Positions 55,741-64,000 of a DNA stretch of 64,000 nt are shown here, piece after piece; the stretch's first letter is position 1, and each line of letters opens with the position of its first letter. The translations under genes and the position numbers were made by a program. The DNA comes from an uncultured Gemmatimonadaceae bacterium. Lineage in GTDB: Bacteria; Gemmatimonadota; Gemmatimonadetes; Gemmatimonadales; Gemmatimonadaceae. Location: positions 320,001 to 384,000 of the forward strand of contig CAWGJO010000020.1 in the NCBI GenBank assembly GCA_963822945.1, written 5' to 3'. A model generated the notes under the pieces. It made no database searches and was not told the origin of the DNA. It worked only from the letters and a program-made list of their open reading frames with translations.

Positions 55741-58700
55741 ATGTCGATGCGCACCTTCCGCCGCTCCGCGGCCTGTCTCGCGCTGGCCGCCCTCGGCGCC
55801 GCGCCCACCGTCCTCGCCCAGCAACCGGCCGCCGATGGCCGGATCTGCGACCGCCCTATCGTTCCCTGGCTCCTGATCGGGCCGTTCCCCGCGGATACCG
55901 GGGCCATGCGCCTGGACAAGCAGGACGTCGGCGACCCGGCCGCGCTCCAGGCCCGCGCTGGTGAACGCGCAGCCGGCCACGTCTGGCAGCCGGTGGCCAT
56001 GGACGAACTCGGCCAGTTCGACTTCTTCAAGGCCTTTCCGGCCACGACGCTCGACAACATGGCGGCCTACGCCGAAACGTATCTGGCGAGCCCCGGCGAC
56101 CGCACGGTCCGCATCGGCGTGGAGAGCGACGACGATGTGATCGTGTGGCTCAACGGCGCCGTGCTGGAGCACCACGACGTGGCGCGCGGAGTGGGCACGG
56201 CCACCGACACGCTCACCCTGCACCTGCACCGTGGCGTGAACCGCCTGGTGTACAAGGTGGTGAATCGCGGCGGCGGCATGGGCATGGGCGCGCGTTTCCT
56301 GTCCGACAGTCCGGACCCGGTGGGTGACATCGTCGCGTCGGACTCCCCCGATGTGGCAACGCCCGCCGCGGCGACGGCCTCGCGCTTCCGCGTGGGTCCC
56401 GTGGCCGCGCCGAGCATGGCGCGGCTGGTGGACGACGGCGGCCACGCCTCGCTCACCGTGCCGCTGCTCGTCTGCGCGGAGCGCGGCGCCGCAGCGGAGG
56501 CGGAGGGCGTGTTCGCACTTGGCGGCACGAGCACGCGCGCGTTGATCGCGGCGGGCGGCTCGCACCCCGCCGTCACGCTCGTCGCCCCGTGGGGCGACCT
56601 GGTGCGCGGCGCGCTCGATGGCGGGGCCCGCGTGTCGGCGGCCGTGTTCGCGCCCGACTCCGTGGGCGACGTGACGAACGCGCCGGCGGACCGGCGCGGC
56701 AGCGCCGAAGTCCCCGTGTCGCCGGCCGCCCTGCTCGGTATGTTGGCCCGTCCGATCCAGGTGGGTCTCTGGAAGCAGGCCGCCCTGCCCACGAGCGCGC
56801 CCCTCACATCCGCCGACTGGGCGCCCCTCGACACGGTGCTCGCCGACTCGAGCGCCCGCCGCCACCTGGCGGCCATCGGCTTCGCCATGACGGTACCCGC
56901 CGAGTTGGGCGGCCTCACGCTGCAGCTCCACGCCGGCGAGTTCCTGCCGCAGGCGACGTTCACCGTGAACGGCATGCCGGTGCTGGCCGATACGCTGGGC
57001 CGCATCACGCTCTGCGCCCCATGCACGGCGGGAAGCGGCGTGCAGTTCGTGCTCCATCCCAACGGCGCGTACTGGTGGGACCCGCCGGTGCTGCGCGTGG
57101 CGGACCTGGGCTGGCACGAGATCCACGACGGCGCGCAGTGGGCGCGGTTCTTCACGCGCGACAGCACGCTGCCCGTGCCGGGCGACAGCGTGGCGCGCGC
57201 CCTCGCCGCCGCGGCGCTCGCGCCCGACAAGGCGCAGTACCACGGCATCATCGGACACTGGACCCAGTTGCTGGCGCCGGCGGTGGCCAAGGTTCGTCGC
57301 GATACCATCGACGTGGTGGGCAATTCGCACATCGACGCCGCGTGGCTGTGGCGCTGGCGCGAGACGCAGGACGTGATCGACCGGACGTGGGCGACGGCCA
57401 CCAAGCTGATGGCCAAGTATCCCGACATGCACTTTGCCGCCTCGGCGGCGGTGTACTACGAGTCGCTGGCCAAACAGCGGCCCGACGTCCTGGCGCGCAT
57501 CAAGGAGCTCGACCGCGAGGGACGCTGGAACGTGGTCGGCGGCTGGTGGCTCGAGCCGGACGTCAACATGCCGTCCGGCGAGTCGCTCGTGCGTCAGGGG
57601 CTGTACGGGCAGCGCACGTTCATCAAGATGTTCGGGCATCCGGCGCGCGTGGGGTGGATTCCCGACACCTTCGGATATCCCTGGTCGCTGCCGCAGATCT
57701 TCCTCAAGAGCGGCATGGATTTCTTCGTCACGCAGAAGCTGCGCTGGAACGACACGGACAAGTGGCCGGCCCGGCTCAACCAGTTCTACTGGGAAGGACC
57801 GGACGGCTCGAAGATCTTCTCGTACATCCCGTATGGGTACGACAGCGATCTCGACCCGCACACGCTGGCCACGCAGGAACGGACGACGGTGGACTCGAGC
57901 GCCGTGCCGCGCATGATGACGCTGTACGGCGTGGGCGACCATGGCGGCGGTCCGACCATGCAGATGCTCGAGCGCTCGCACGACCTGAAGCGCATTCCGG
58001 CGTTCCCGGTGATCCGCGACGACAGCCCCACCGACGCCCTTACGAAGATGCGGGCGGCCTTCCCCGCCGACGGGCCGGTGGTACGCGACGAGTTGTATCT
58101 GGAATACCATCGCGGCGTGTTCACCACGCAGGCCGAGATGAAGTGGTGGAACCGCCACATGGAGGGTCTGCTCGACGCCGCCGAAGCAGCCGCGACCGTG
58201 TCCCCCGCGCCCTACCCGCACGACGCGCTCACCACGGCGTGGGAGACGACGCTGTTCAACCAGTTCCACGATCTGCTCGCCGGATCCGGTATCGACTCCA
58301 TCTACATGGATGCCAGCAACGACTACCGGGAGGCGAACGCCCTCGCCGAGGGCGCGCTGGCCACGTCGTTGCGTGCATTGGCCGCGCCCCTCGACACCAG
58401 GCCACTCCGCAGCACCGACGTGCCGATGGTGGCGTTCAACCCGAGCGGGGTGGCACGCTCCGGCGTGGTGCGCTTCGAACCGCCGGCCGGCGGAGACGGC
58501 GCCGACTCCGCGGGAGCGTGGACGGCCATCGACGCCCGCGGCCGTGTGCTGCCGAGCGAGCCCGGCGATTCGGGCCGCATCAAGGTCCGCGTGGGCCCGG
58601 TGCCGGCACTCGGCGCCAGCGTGTTCTTCATGCGCCCGTCGCGCCTGCGCGCGCCGAGCACGGTGCCTGGATGGACGCTGGAGAACCGGTTCCTGCGCGT

Positions 58701-59724
58701 GACCATCGACTCGGTGACCGGCGGCATCGCGCGGATGTACGACAAGGTGCACCGGCGCGACGTGCTCGCGGGCGGCCCGGCCGCCAATGGGCTGCTGCTC
58801 ATGGTGGACCGGCCGAAGGACTACGACGCGTGGAACATCGACAACCTGAACGGCGCGCGCACCTGGCTCGTGGCGCGGGCCGGCGACGCGCACCCCAGGG
58901 TCACGCGCGATGCGTTCGGCAGCACGATCACGGTCTACCGCGGCAAGGACAGCTCGCTCGTCACGCAGCGCTACGAGCTGCCCGCCGACGCCGACCGGCT
59001 GGACGTGGAGACGATCGTCGGCTGGCACCAGTCGCATCAGCTGCTGAAGGCGGTGTTCCCGCTCGCCTTCCACGTGGACAGCACGCACGCCGAGATCCCG
59101 TACGCGGTGATCGGGCGGACCACGCGGCCGCGCACGCGGCAGGACAGCGCCCGCTTCGAGACGCCGATGCTCCGGTTCGTGGACGGCTCGGCCACCGACG
59201 GCAGCTATGGCGTGGCGATCGTGAACGGGGGCAAGTACGGCTACAGCGCCAGCGGCGACACGATCTTCGTGACGCTGCTTCGCTCGCCGAAATCGCCCGA
59301 CGAGCACGCCGACATGGGCACGCAGACGTTCCGGTACAGCATCGTGCCGCACGCGGGCGACTGGCGCTCGCCGGCCGTGCGGGCGGCCGCGCGCGCGCTC
59401 AACGAACCACTCCGCGCGGTGAGCGTCGACGCGCACGCCGGCCGCGGACGCGCCACGATCAGCCCGTTCACGATCACCGGCGGCACCGTGGAACTCGGGG
59501 CGCTCAAGCGTGCCGAAGACGGCAACGGCTGGATCGTGCGGCTGGTCGAGACCAGCGGCCGGCCGACGACGGCCGAGTTGCGGTTCGGCGCACCCGTCAC
59601 CGCGCAGGAGACCGACATGATCGAACGGCCGACGGGAAAGACGTTCAGCTCCAAGGGCAAGGTGCTCTCGATTCCGATGGGGGCGTGGGACATCGAAACG
59701 CTGCTCATTCCGGAGAAGCCGTGA
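55741..59724 (+). CDS. Secreted GH38 alpha-mannosidase with long N-terminal extension
   Basis: Signal peptide; GNSHIDAAWLW; GGWWLEPD...PSGESLVRQ; WIPDTFG; GDHGGGPT; ELYLEYHRG; NQFHDLLAGS; ALKRAED. Confidence 0.92.
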   Translation: MSMRTFRRSAACLALAALGAAPTVLAQQPAADGRICDRPIVPWLLIGPFPADTGAMRLDKQDVGDPAALQARAGERAAGHVWQPVAMDELGQFDFFKAFPATTLDNMAAYAETYLASPGDRTVRIGVESDDDVIVWLNGAVLEHHDVARGVGTATDTLTLHLHRGVNRLVYKVVNRGGGMGMGARFLSDSPDPVGDIVASDSPDVATPAAATASRFRVGPVAAPSMARLVDDGGHASLTVPLLVCAERGAAAEAEGVFALGGTSTRALIAAGGSHPAVTLVAPWGDLVRGALDGGARVSAAVFAPDSVGDVTNAPADRRGSAEVPVSPAALLGMLARPIQVGLWKQAALPTSAPLTSADWAPLDTVLADSSARRHLAAIGFAMTVPAELGGLTLQLHAGEFLPQATFTVNGMPVLADTLGRITLCAPCTAGSGVQFVLHPNGAYWWDPPVLRVADLGWHEIHDGAQWARFFTRDSTLPVPGDSVARALAAAALAPDKAQYHGIIGHWTQLLAPAVAKVRRDTIDVVGNSHIDAAWLWRWRETQDVIDRTWATATKLMAKYPDMHFAASAAVYYESLAKQRPDVLARIKELDREGRWNVVGGWWLEPDVNMPSGESLVRQGLYGQRTFIKMFGHPARVGWIPDTFGYPWSLPQIFLKSGMDFFVTQKLRWNDTDKWPARLNQFYWEGPDGSKIFSYIPYGYDSDLDPHTLATQERTTVDSSAVPRMMTLYGVGDHGGGPTMQMLERSHDLKRIPAFPVIRDDSPTDALTKMRAAFPADGPVVRDELYLEYHRGVFTTQAEMKWWNRHMEGLLDAAEAAATVSPAPYPHDALTTAWETTLFNQFHDLLAGSGIDSIYMDASNDYREANALAEGALATSLRALAAPLDTRPLRSTDVPMVAFNPSGVARSGVVRFEPPAGGDGADSAGAWTAIDARGRVLPSEPGDSGRIKVRVGPVPALGASVFFMRPSRLRAPSTVPGWTLENRFLRVTIDSVTGGIARMYDKVHRRDVLAGGPAANGLLLMVDRPKDYDAWNIDNLNGARTWLVARAGDAHPRVTRDAFGSTITVYRGKDSSLVTQRYELPADADRLDVETIVGWHQSHQLLKAVFPLAFHVDSTHAEIPYAVIGRTTRPRTRQDSARFETPMLRFVDGSATDGSYGVAIVNGGKYGYSASGDTIFVTLLRSPKSPDEHADMGTQTFRYSIVPHAGDWRSPAVRAAARALNEPLRAVSVDAHAGRGRATISPFTITGGTVELGALKRAEDGNGWIVRLVETSGRPTTAELRFGAPVTAQETDMIERPTGKTFSSKGKVLSIPMGAWDIETLLIPEKP

Positions 59725-59764
59725 AGCGACGGGCGGTAGTGCAGGAGTCGGCGGGGCGACGGCG

Positions 59765-60079
59765 ATGAGCCTTCGGGGCCTCCTGTCACCCAACCCGCGA
59801 CTCACGAAGCAGGAGTACGATCTGGCGCAGGCCATGGGGCGCAAGCGCTACGCCGTGCGGGGCGGTCTGCGCATGGCCCGTTGGCTGCTGCTGCTCAGCA
59901 TCGTGATCCTTGGCGCCCGGGGCTACATGGCCGGCAACTGGGCGCGGCTGCTCACGGTGCGCGTGGGGCTCGAAGTGCTCGCGCTGGTGGTCCTGTGTTC
60001 GGTGTTCGTGGGGTACACCACCTACGCGCTCATCTGGAAGGCGTTGATGCAGATGTTCGGGCCGAAGCCGGGGCCGTAA
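59765..60079 (+). CDS. Small hypothetical membrane protein
   Basis: Two hydrophobic segments; fills the gap between GH38 and the convergent amidohydrolase. Confidence 0.6.
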   Translation: MSLRGLLSPNPRLTKQEYDLAQAMGRKRYAVRGGLRMARWLLLLSIVILGARGYMAGNWARLLTVRVGLEVLALVVLCSVFVGYTTYALIWKALMQMFGPKPGP

Positions 60080-60082
60080 CAC

Positions 60083-61321
60083 CTACATCGGCCACCCATC
60101 CCGCGGCAACCGCGTGGTGATCTTCAGCGCGTTCGCATAGTACACCTTCTTCAGCACGGAATCGGGCAGGTCGATGCCGTACAGCTTCCAGAAGGCGTGG
60201 TACGGCCGATAGTAGTCGAAGTATTCGTCCGACGTTTCGAGCACGCGCCAGTAGTACGGATACTCCTGTGGCTGGAAGGAATCCTTCCCGAACAGGATCC
60301 GGTCCTGGTACTTCACGAAGAAGTCGTGCGCCGCGCGCGGCTGCCGGCCGATGTCGTAGAGCACGGCGCCGATCTCCGTGTACACGTTGGGCATGTCGTC
60401 GAGCATCCGGCCCAGCGAGGCGAGATCGTTGGCGTGCCACCCCATGTGCGCCGCCACGAAGATCGTCTTCGGATGCCGGCGGAACAGGTTGTCGCGCTCC
60501 TTCATCAGCTCCTCGAAGCTGGGGTACCGATCGGGTGGGTAGCGCCGGTCGCTGAACAGCGCGAGTTCCAACCATCGCTCGTTGGTGTAGTCGATGGGTT
60601 GGAAGAACTCCTGCGGATCGGCCGTGTGGATGAACACCGGGATGCCCAGCCGCGCGCATTCGTCCCAGATTGGATCGAGTGCCGGGTCATCGATGCGAAG
60701 CCGCGATCCGTCGGGCTTCCGGATCGAGAGGCCGAGGCTCTTCGAGATCTCGCCGACGCCGACGGCGCCGGCCGCGACATCCGCGTCCAGCTGTTTGACC
60801 GCCCGCTCCGCCCATCCCGGGCCCACATCGCGGAAGTTGATCCCGGCCAGCACGAACACCCGGCCCTTCATCTTCGCCGACGCGCGGATGGTGGCGATCG
60901 TGCTCACCAGCCGGTCGCCCGACACGTTGTCGGCGGCGATCATCATCCGCACGTTGAGGCTGTCGAGGGCGGCGCCGAGTGTAGCCAGCCCCTGTTCGGA
61001 GCCGAGCAGGCGCTGCGGATGTCCGTGGAAATCGATGGCCGGATACTTCGCCCTCGGTCTCAGGTGCACCGCCGTCACGAGGGTCGAATGCGGCCGGTAG
61101 TCGACGATGCTGGGCGGCGTGAACTCCGGCGCCCGGCAGAGCTGCGGCCGGATCTCCGTCATGCCGGCGGGGCACGGTTCCCCATTCTTGATCTGGACGG
61201 TTGCGCCCCCGAACCCGCGACCGCCCGGACGGCCCGTCGGGGGAACCTGCGACGGGAGCGACCCGGCGAACACCGCAACGGCGGCGAGGGCACGAACGAG
61301 GCACGACGGTATGTGGCGCAT
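60083..61321 (-). CDS. Secreted amidohydrolase family protein (Amidohydro_2)
   Basis: IDFHGH; PVFIHTAD; VAAHMG; DRILFGKD; KKVYYANA; signal peptide. Confidence 0.88.
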   Translation of the reverse strand: MRHIPSCLVRALAAVAVFAGSLPSQVPPTGRPGGRGFGGATVQIKNGEPCPAGMTEIRPQLCRAPEFTPPSIVDYRPHSTLVTAVHLRPRAKYPAIDFHGHPQRLLGSEQGLATLGAALDSLNVRMMIAADNVSGDRLVSTIATIRASAKMKGRVFVLAGINFRDVGPGWAERAVKQLDADVAAGAVGVGEISKSLGLSIRKPDGSRLRIDDPALDPIWDECARLGIPVFIHTADPQEFFQPIDYTNERWLELALFSDRRYPPDRYPSFEELMKERDNLFRRHPKTIFVAAHMGWHANDLASLGRMLDDMPNVYTEIGAVLYDIGRQPRAAHDFFVKYQDRILFGKDSFQPQEYPYYWRVLETSDEYFDYYRPYHAFWKLYGIDLPDSVLKKVYYANALKITTRLPRDGWPM

Positions 61322-61475
61322 GGCTGTCGGGGTGGGGGGTCACCGATGTTCGAGCGCAACGTTTCCTATTGTACCTCCGTTCTGGCTCCCCCGCGCGCCG
61401 GTTCGTAACTTCGGACGAATTCCTTTCCTTTCCCGCCGCCCCTCGCCGGCCATCCGTCACGCCCGCCCGCCGAAC

Positions 61476-64000
61476 ATGCATCCGTCATCCCGTGGCATCC
61501 TGCATCGCGCGATCGCCGTCCTGGGGCTCGTCGCCGTGGTTCCCGCAATCGCCGGGGCGCAGGCTCCGAAGTCCACGAGCGCCGATGCCGTACACGACCT
61601 GCGCAACGTCCTGGCCCCCGGATACATCCTGCAGGACCGGAACCACGACGACGTGATCGATTTCGTGAATGCGAAGATCGTGCTCCCGGCCTCTGCCACC
61701 GAGGCCGGCCTCGCCGCCGCCGCCAACGTCGCCGCCCGGCTCGGCTACGAGACCTCCGCCGCCGACCTCGACCTCACGACCACCGACACCGCGCGCGTCG
61801 CCGCATACGACGTGCCCGTGATCCTCATCGGCGCCGACAATGCGCTGATCGCCCGGGCCGGCCCCGCGCTCGCGCGCGCCCTCGACGGATTGGCGCCGGG
61901 CCAGGGCGCGGTGGTGCGCATCGCGCCGAATGCGTTCTTCAAGCAGGGAGGCGTGTTGCTCGCCGGCGAAGACGGGTCCGGACTGCTGGCCGCGGCCGGC
62001 TACTTCTCGGGCCGCTACCCGAACGTCTGGAACACGCGCGGCATCACCTATGCCGACCTCACCGCCCGGGTGGACAGCTTCCTCACCGGCCACGAGGCGC
62101 CGCCCGCTGCGCTCTCGCTCGATCGTCTCGTGCTCGACGCGGGCCATCCCGGCGTGGCCCGCGCCGATATCGCCGTCGTTCTCGCGGACAGCGGTGCGGT
62201 CGGGCGCGCGGCGGCCGCCCTCGCCACCCCCGACTCCACGGTGCGATTCCCGGACCTCGATCGCGTGGACTTCGCCCTCGGCGGAGGCGGCATCGTGCGA
62301 CGCGTGCGCCTGCTGCCCCCCAGGCCGTGGGACACGAAGGCCGGCGACCAGTACGCCCCGCGCGACAACCCGTCGTTCTCCCTCGACGACCTGTACACCA
62401 TCAAGGGGTTGTTCCGCGATTCCAATCAGGATCTGCTGCCCGACCGCACCGAGGCCTTCGTCTCGCTGCACGGCACGCAATCGCCGGACGAACTGGCGGC
62501 GTTCGCCGAGCGGGTGGGACTGGAAACCACCGGCATGCGGCTGCCGTTCGTGACCGTGAGTGGCGAGGACGATCATCCCGAGAAGTCGGGCTTCCCCATC
62601 GTGTACGGCGTGGACCACTACCAGACGCGCCGCCTGCGGGAGGCCGGGGAGTTGATCGGCGACCCGGCCGTGGCCGGCGAGGGTTTCATGGAGTTCGTGA
62701 AGCGCGGATTCGACGGCAAGAACGGACTCGTCATCGGAGGCGGCGACAAGGCGGGCCTCGACGCGATCACCGACTATGCCGCCCGCCGCATGCCGTATCT
62801 GTGGCAGTACGGCAAGGGCAACTACCAACTGGCCGACGCGCAGACCGAGGTCCGCCGCTTCCTGCAGGCCAGAGAGGGGCCGGGCCAGACGGCGCTTGCC
62901 GTGTACAAACTCGGACAGTGGCTCGACCGCCTGCAGGGCAAGCAGATCGATTCCATCGGCGTCGAGATCGCCGCGAAGGACCGCTACGCCGGTCTCGATA
63001 CGTACGCCGAGCAGATGGTGCACTCGCGCTTTCCGAACGCCAGGGTCACCGTGCTGACGCAGAAGACCGGCTTCGGCGACGGGAAGACGATCTTCACCCA
63101 GGAGGCGACGCTCCCCTGGGAGGTGGACACCTTCTGGAAGGATTTCCGGTCCGGGGCGCTGCCCAAACTCTCCGCGTCGAGCCATGGCACGATCGAGGTG
63201 CGGCTCAGCGAGTCGCCCGCCGAGCGCCGGAAGATCGCCGCACAGATCGAGCACGAGCTGGCGAGCCGGGGCGTGCCCGCCGGTGCGATGGATGTGAAGG
63301 TGTTGAGCGCCTACAAGCAGGGCTACGGCTGGCTGCACGACGTGATCCTGCCGCAGCTCCAGGGCAAGCCCGTGGCCCACATCGCCATCACGTACCTCTC
63401 GCTCAAGGACTCCAAGGAGGTGCGCTGGAGCCAGGTGGAGTCGCCCACCCGCTGGCTGCAGGAGTTGTATCCGATCGACGACGTGATGGCCAAGCAGCTC
63501 GGAATCTCCGACTCGGCGATCACCTTCATCCCCACCGACCGGACCGATCCCATCTACACCGTGAAGGCGACCGACGCGGCCGGGCACACGATCCTGTCGG
63601 CTTCGTTCGATCCGAAGTACGTGATCCGGCCGATGTTCGACCTCTTTCCGGCCTACGAGCACATCCGCGTCACCACGGGATGGGTCCACGTGGTGGACCG
63701 CGGCAAGACCGTGCTCGATCAACGCGTGGAGACCGACCCCGAGACCTTCTGGGACTACTTCCAGCAGAAGACCTATCCGAAGATCGCCGACTACTTCATG
63801 GACGTGCAGGACGGACGGCCGTCGCAGAGCTACGCGCCCTACTTCGACCGCCTCGACGTCTCGCTCTCGGCGAGCGAGCCGAACTATCGCATCGGGATCG
63901 ACGAGGAGCAGATCTCGTCGATGGAGGCGATTCACGAGGACATCTACTTCGAGACTCTCACCCTGTTCGACCTGCTCGGCGGGCGGTGGGGGATCGGCAA
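61476..64000 (+). CDS. Large secreted protein, probably M14 zinc-carboxypeptidase family (3' truncated; absent from the ORF track because no stop lies in the window)
   Basis: Own translation: MHPSSRGILHRAIAVLGLVAVVPAIAGAQ...QDRNHDDVIDFVNAKIVLP...AAANVAARLGYETSA; later DSNQDLLPDR and RWLQELYP. The catalytic domain is not in the window, so the family call is from recall of this architecture. Confidence 0.65.
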   Translation, partial: MHPSSRGILHRAIAVLGLVAVVPAIAGAQAPKSTSADAVHDLRNVLAPGYILQDRNHDDVIDFVNAKIVLPASATEAGLAAAANVAARLGYETSAADLDLTTTDTARVAAYDVPVILIGADNALIARAGPALARALDGLAPGQGAVVRIAPNAFFKQGGVLLAGEDGSGLLAAAGYFSGRYPNVWNTRGITYADLTARVDSFLTGHEAPPAALSLDRLVLDAGHPGVARADIAVVLADSGAVGRAAAALATPDSTVRFPDLDRVDFALGGGGIVRRVRLLPPRPWDTKAGDQYAPRDNPSFSLDDLYTIKGLFRDSNQDLLPDRTEAFVSLHGTQSPDELAAFAERVGLETTGMRLPFVTVSGEDDHPEKSGFPIVYGVDHYQTRRLREAGELIGDPAVAGEGFMEFVKRGFDGKNGLVIGGGDKAGLDAITDYAARRMPYLWQYGKGNYQLADAQTEVRRFLQAREGPGQTALAVYKLGQWLDRLQGKQIDSIGVEIAAKDRYAGLDTYAEQMVHSRFPNARVTVLTQKTGFGDGKTIFTQEATLPWEVDTFWKDFRSGALPKLSASSHGTIEVRLSESPAERRKIAAQIEHELASRGVPAGAMDVKVLSAYKQGYGWLHDVILPQLQGKPVAHIAITYLSLKDSKEVRWSQVESPTRWLQELYPIDDVMAKQLGISDSAITFIPTDRTDPIYTVKATDAAGHTILSASFDPKYVIRPMFDLFPAYEHIRVTTGWVHVVDRGKTVLDQRVETDPETFWDYFQQKTYPKIADYFMDVQDGRPSQSYAPYFDRLDVSLSASEPNYRIGIDEEQISSMEAIHEDIYFETLTLFDLLGGRWGIG

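Noticed and set aside
54955..59844. 1629-aa minus-strand ORF
   Set aside because: Antisense to GH38 and DinB, which carry clear family motifs.
61485..63935. 816-aa minus-strand ORF
   Set aside because: Shadow of the + strand gene starting at 61476, which has a signal peptide and runs off the window.

Overview
GC-rich bacterial chromosomal segment. Gene content (SusC/SusD-like pair, several secreted S9 peptidases, DUF5916 protein, large M14-like protein) fits a Gemmatimonadota-like organism; this is inference. About 45 genes. Left: YgfZ, an SDR, a small Met-rich lipoprotein, a molybdopterin oxidoreductase, an AAA+ ATPase and a VWA protein, GNAT, cytidylate-kinase-like protein, two tandem Zn-ribbon/membrane paralogues, MFS, a GxxExxY gene bracketed by inverted 9-bp-periodic repeats, short MutY and ABC-F. 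Middle: GH3, a probable peptide-uptake locus (S9, SusC, SusD, cupredoxin, S9, S9), HNH protein, methyltransferase, glutathione peroxidase, GH29, Gfo/Idh/MocA + DUF1080. Right: glgP divergent from glgE-treS/mak-glgX-glgB-malQ, DUF5916, DinB, GH38, amidohydrolase and a truncated M14-like gene. Eight genes carry apparent small-indel frameshifts, most likely sequencing/assembly errors. No rRNA, tRNA, CRISPR array, transposase or integrase was recognised. Best novelty candidates: the repeat-bracketed GxxExxY cassette, the constant-ends/variable-middle paralogue pair, and the Cys-motif-rich peptide-uptake locus with a cupredoxin. All calls rest on motif recognition by eye; no searches were run.
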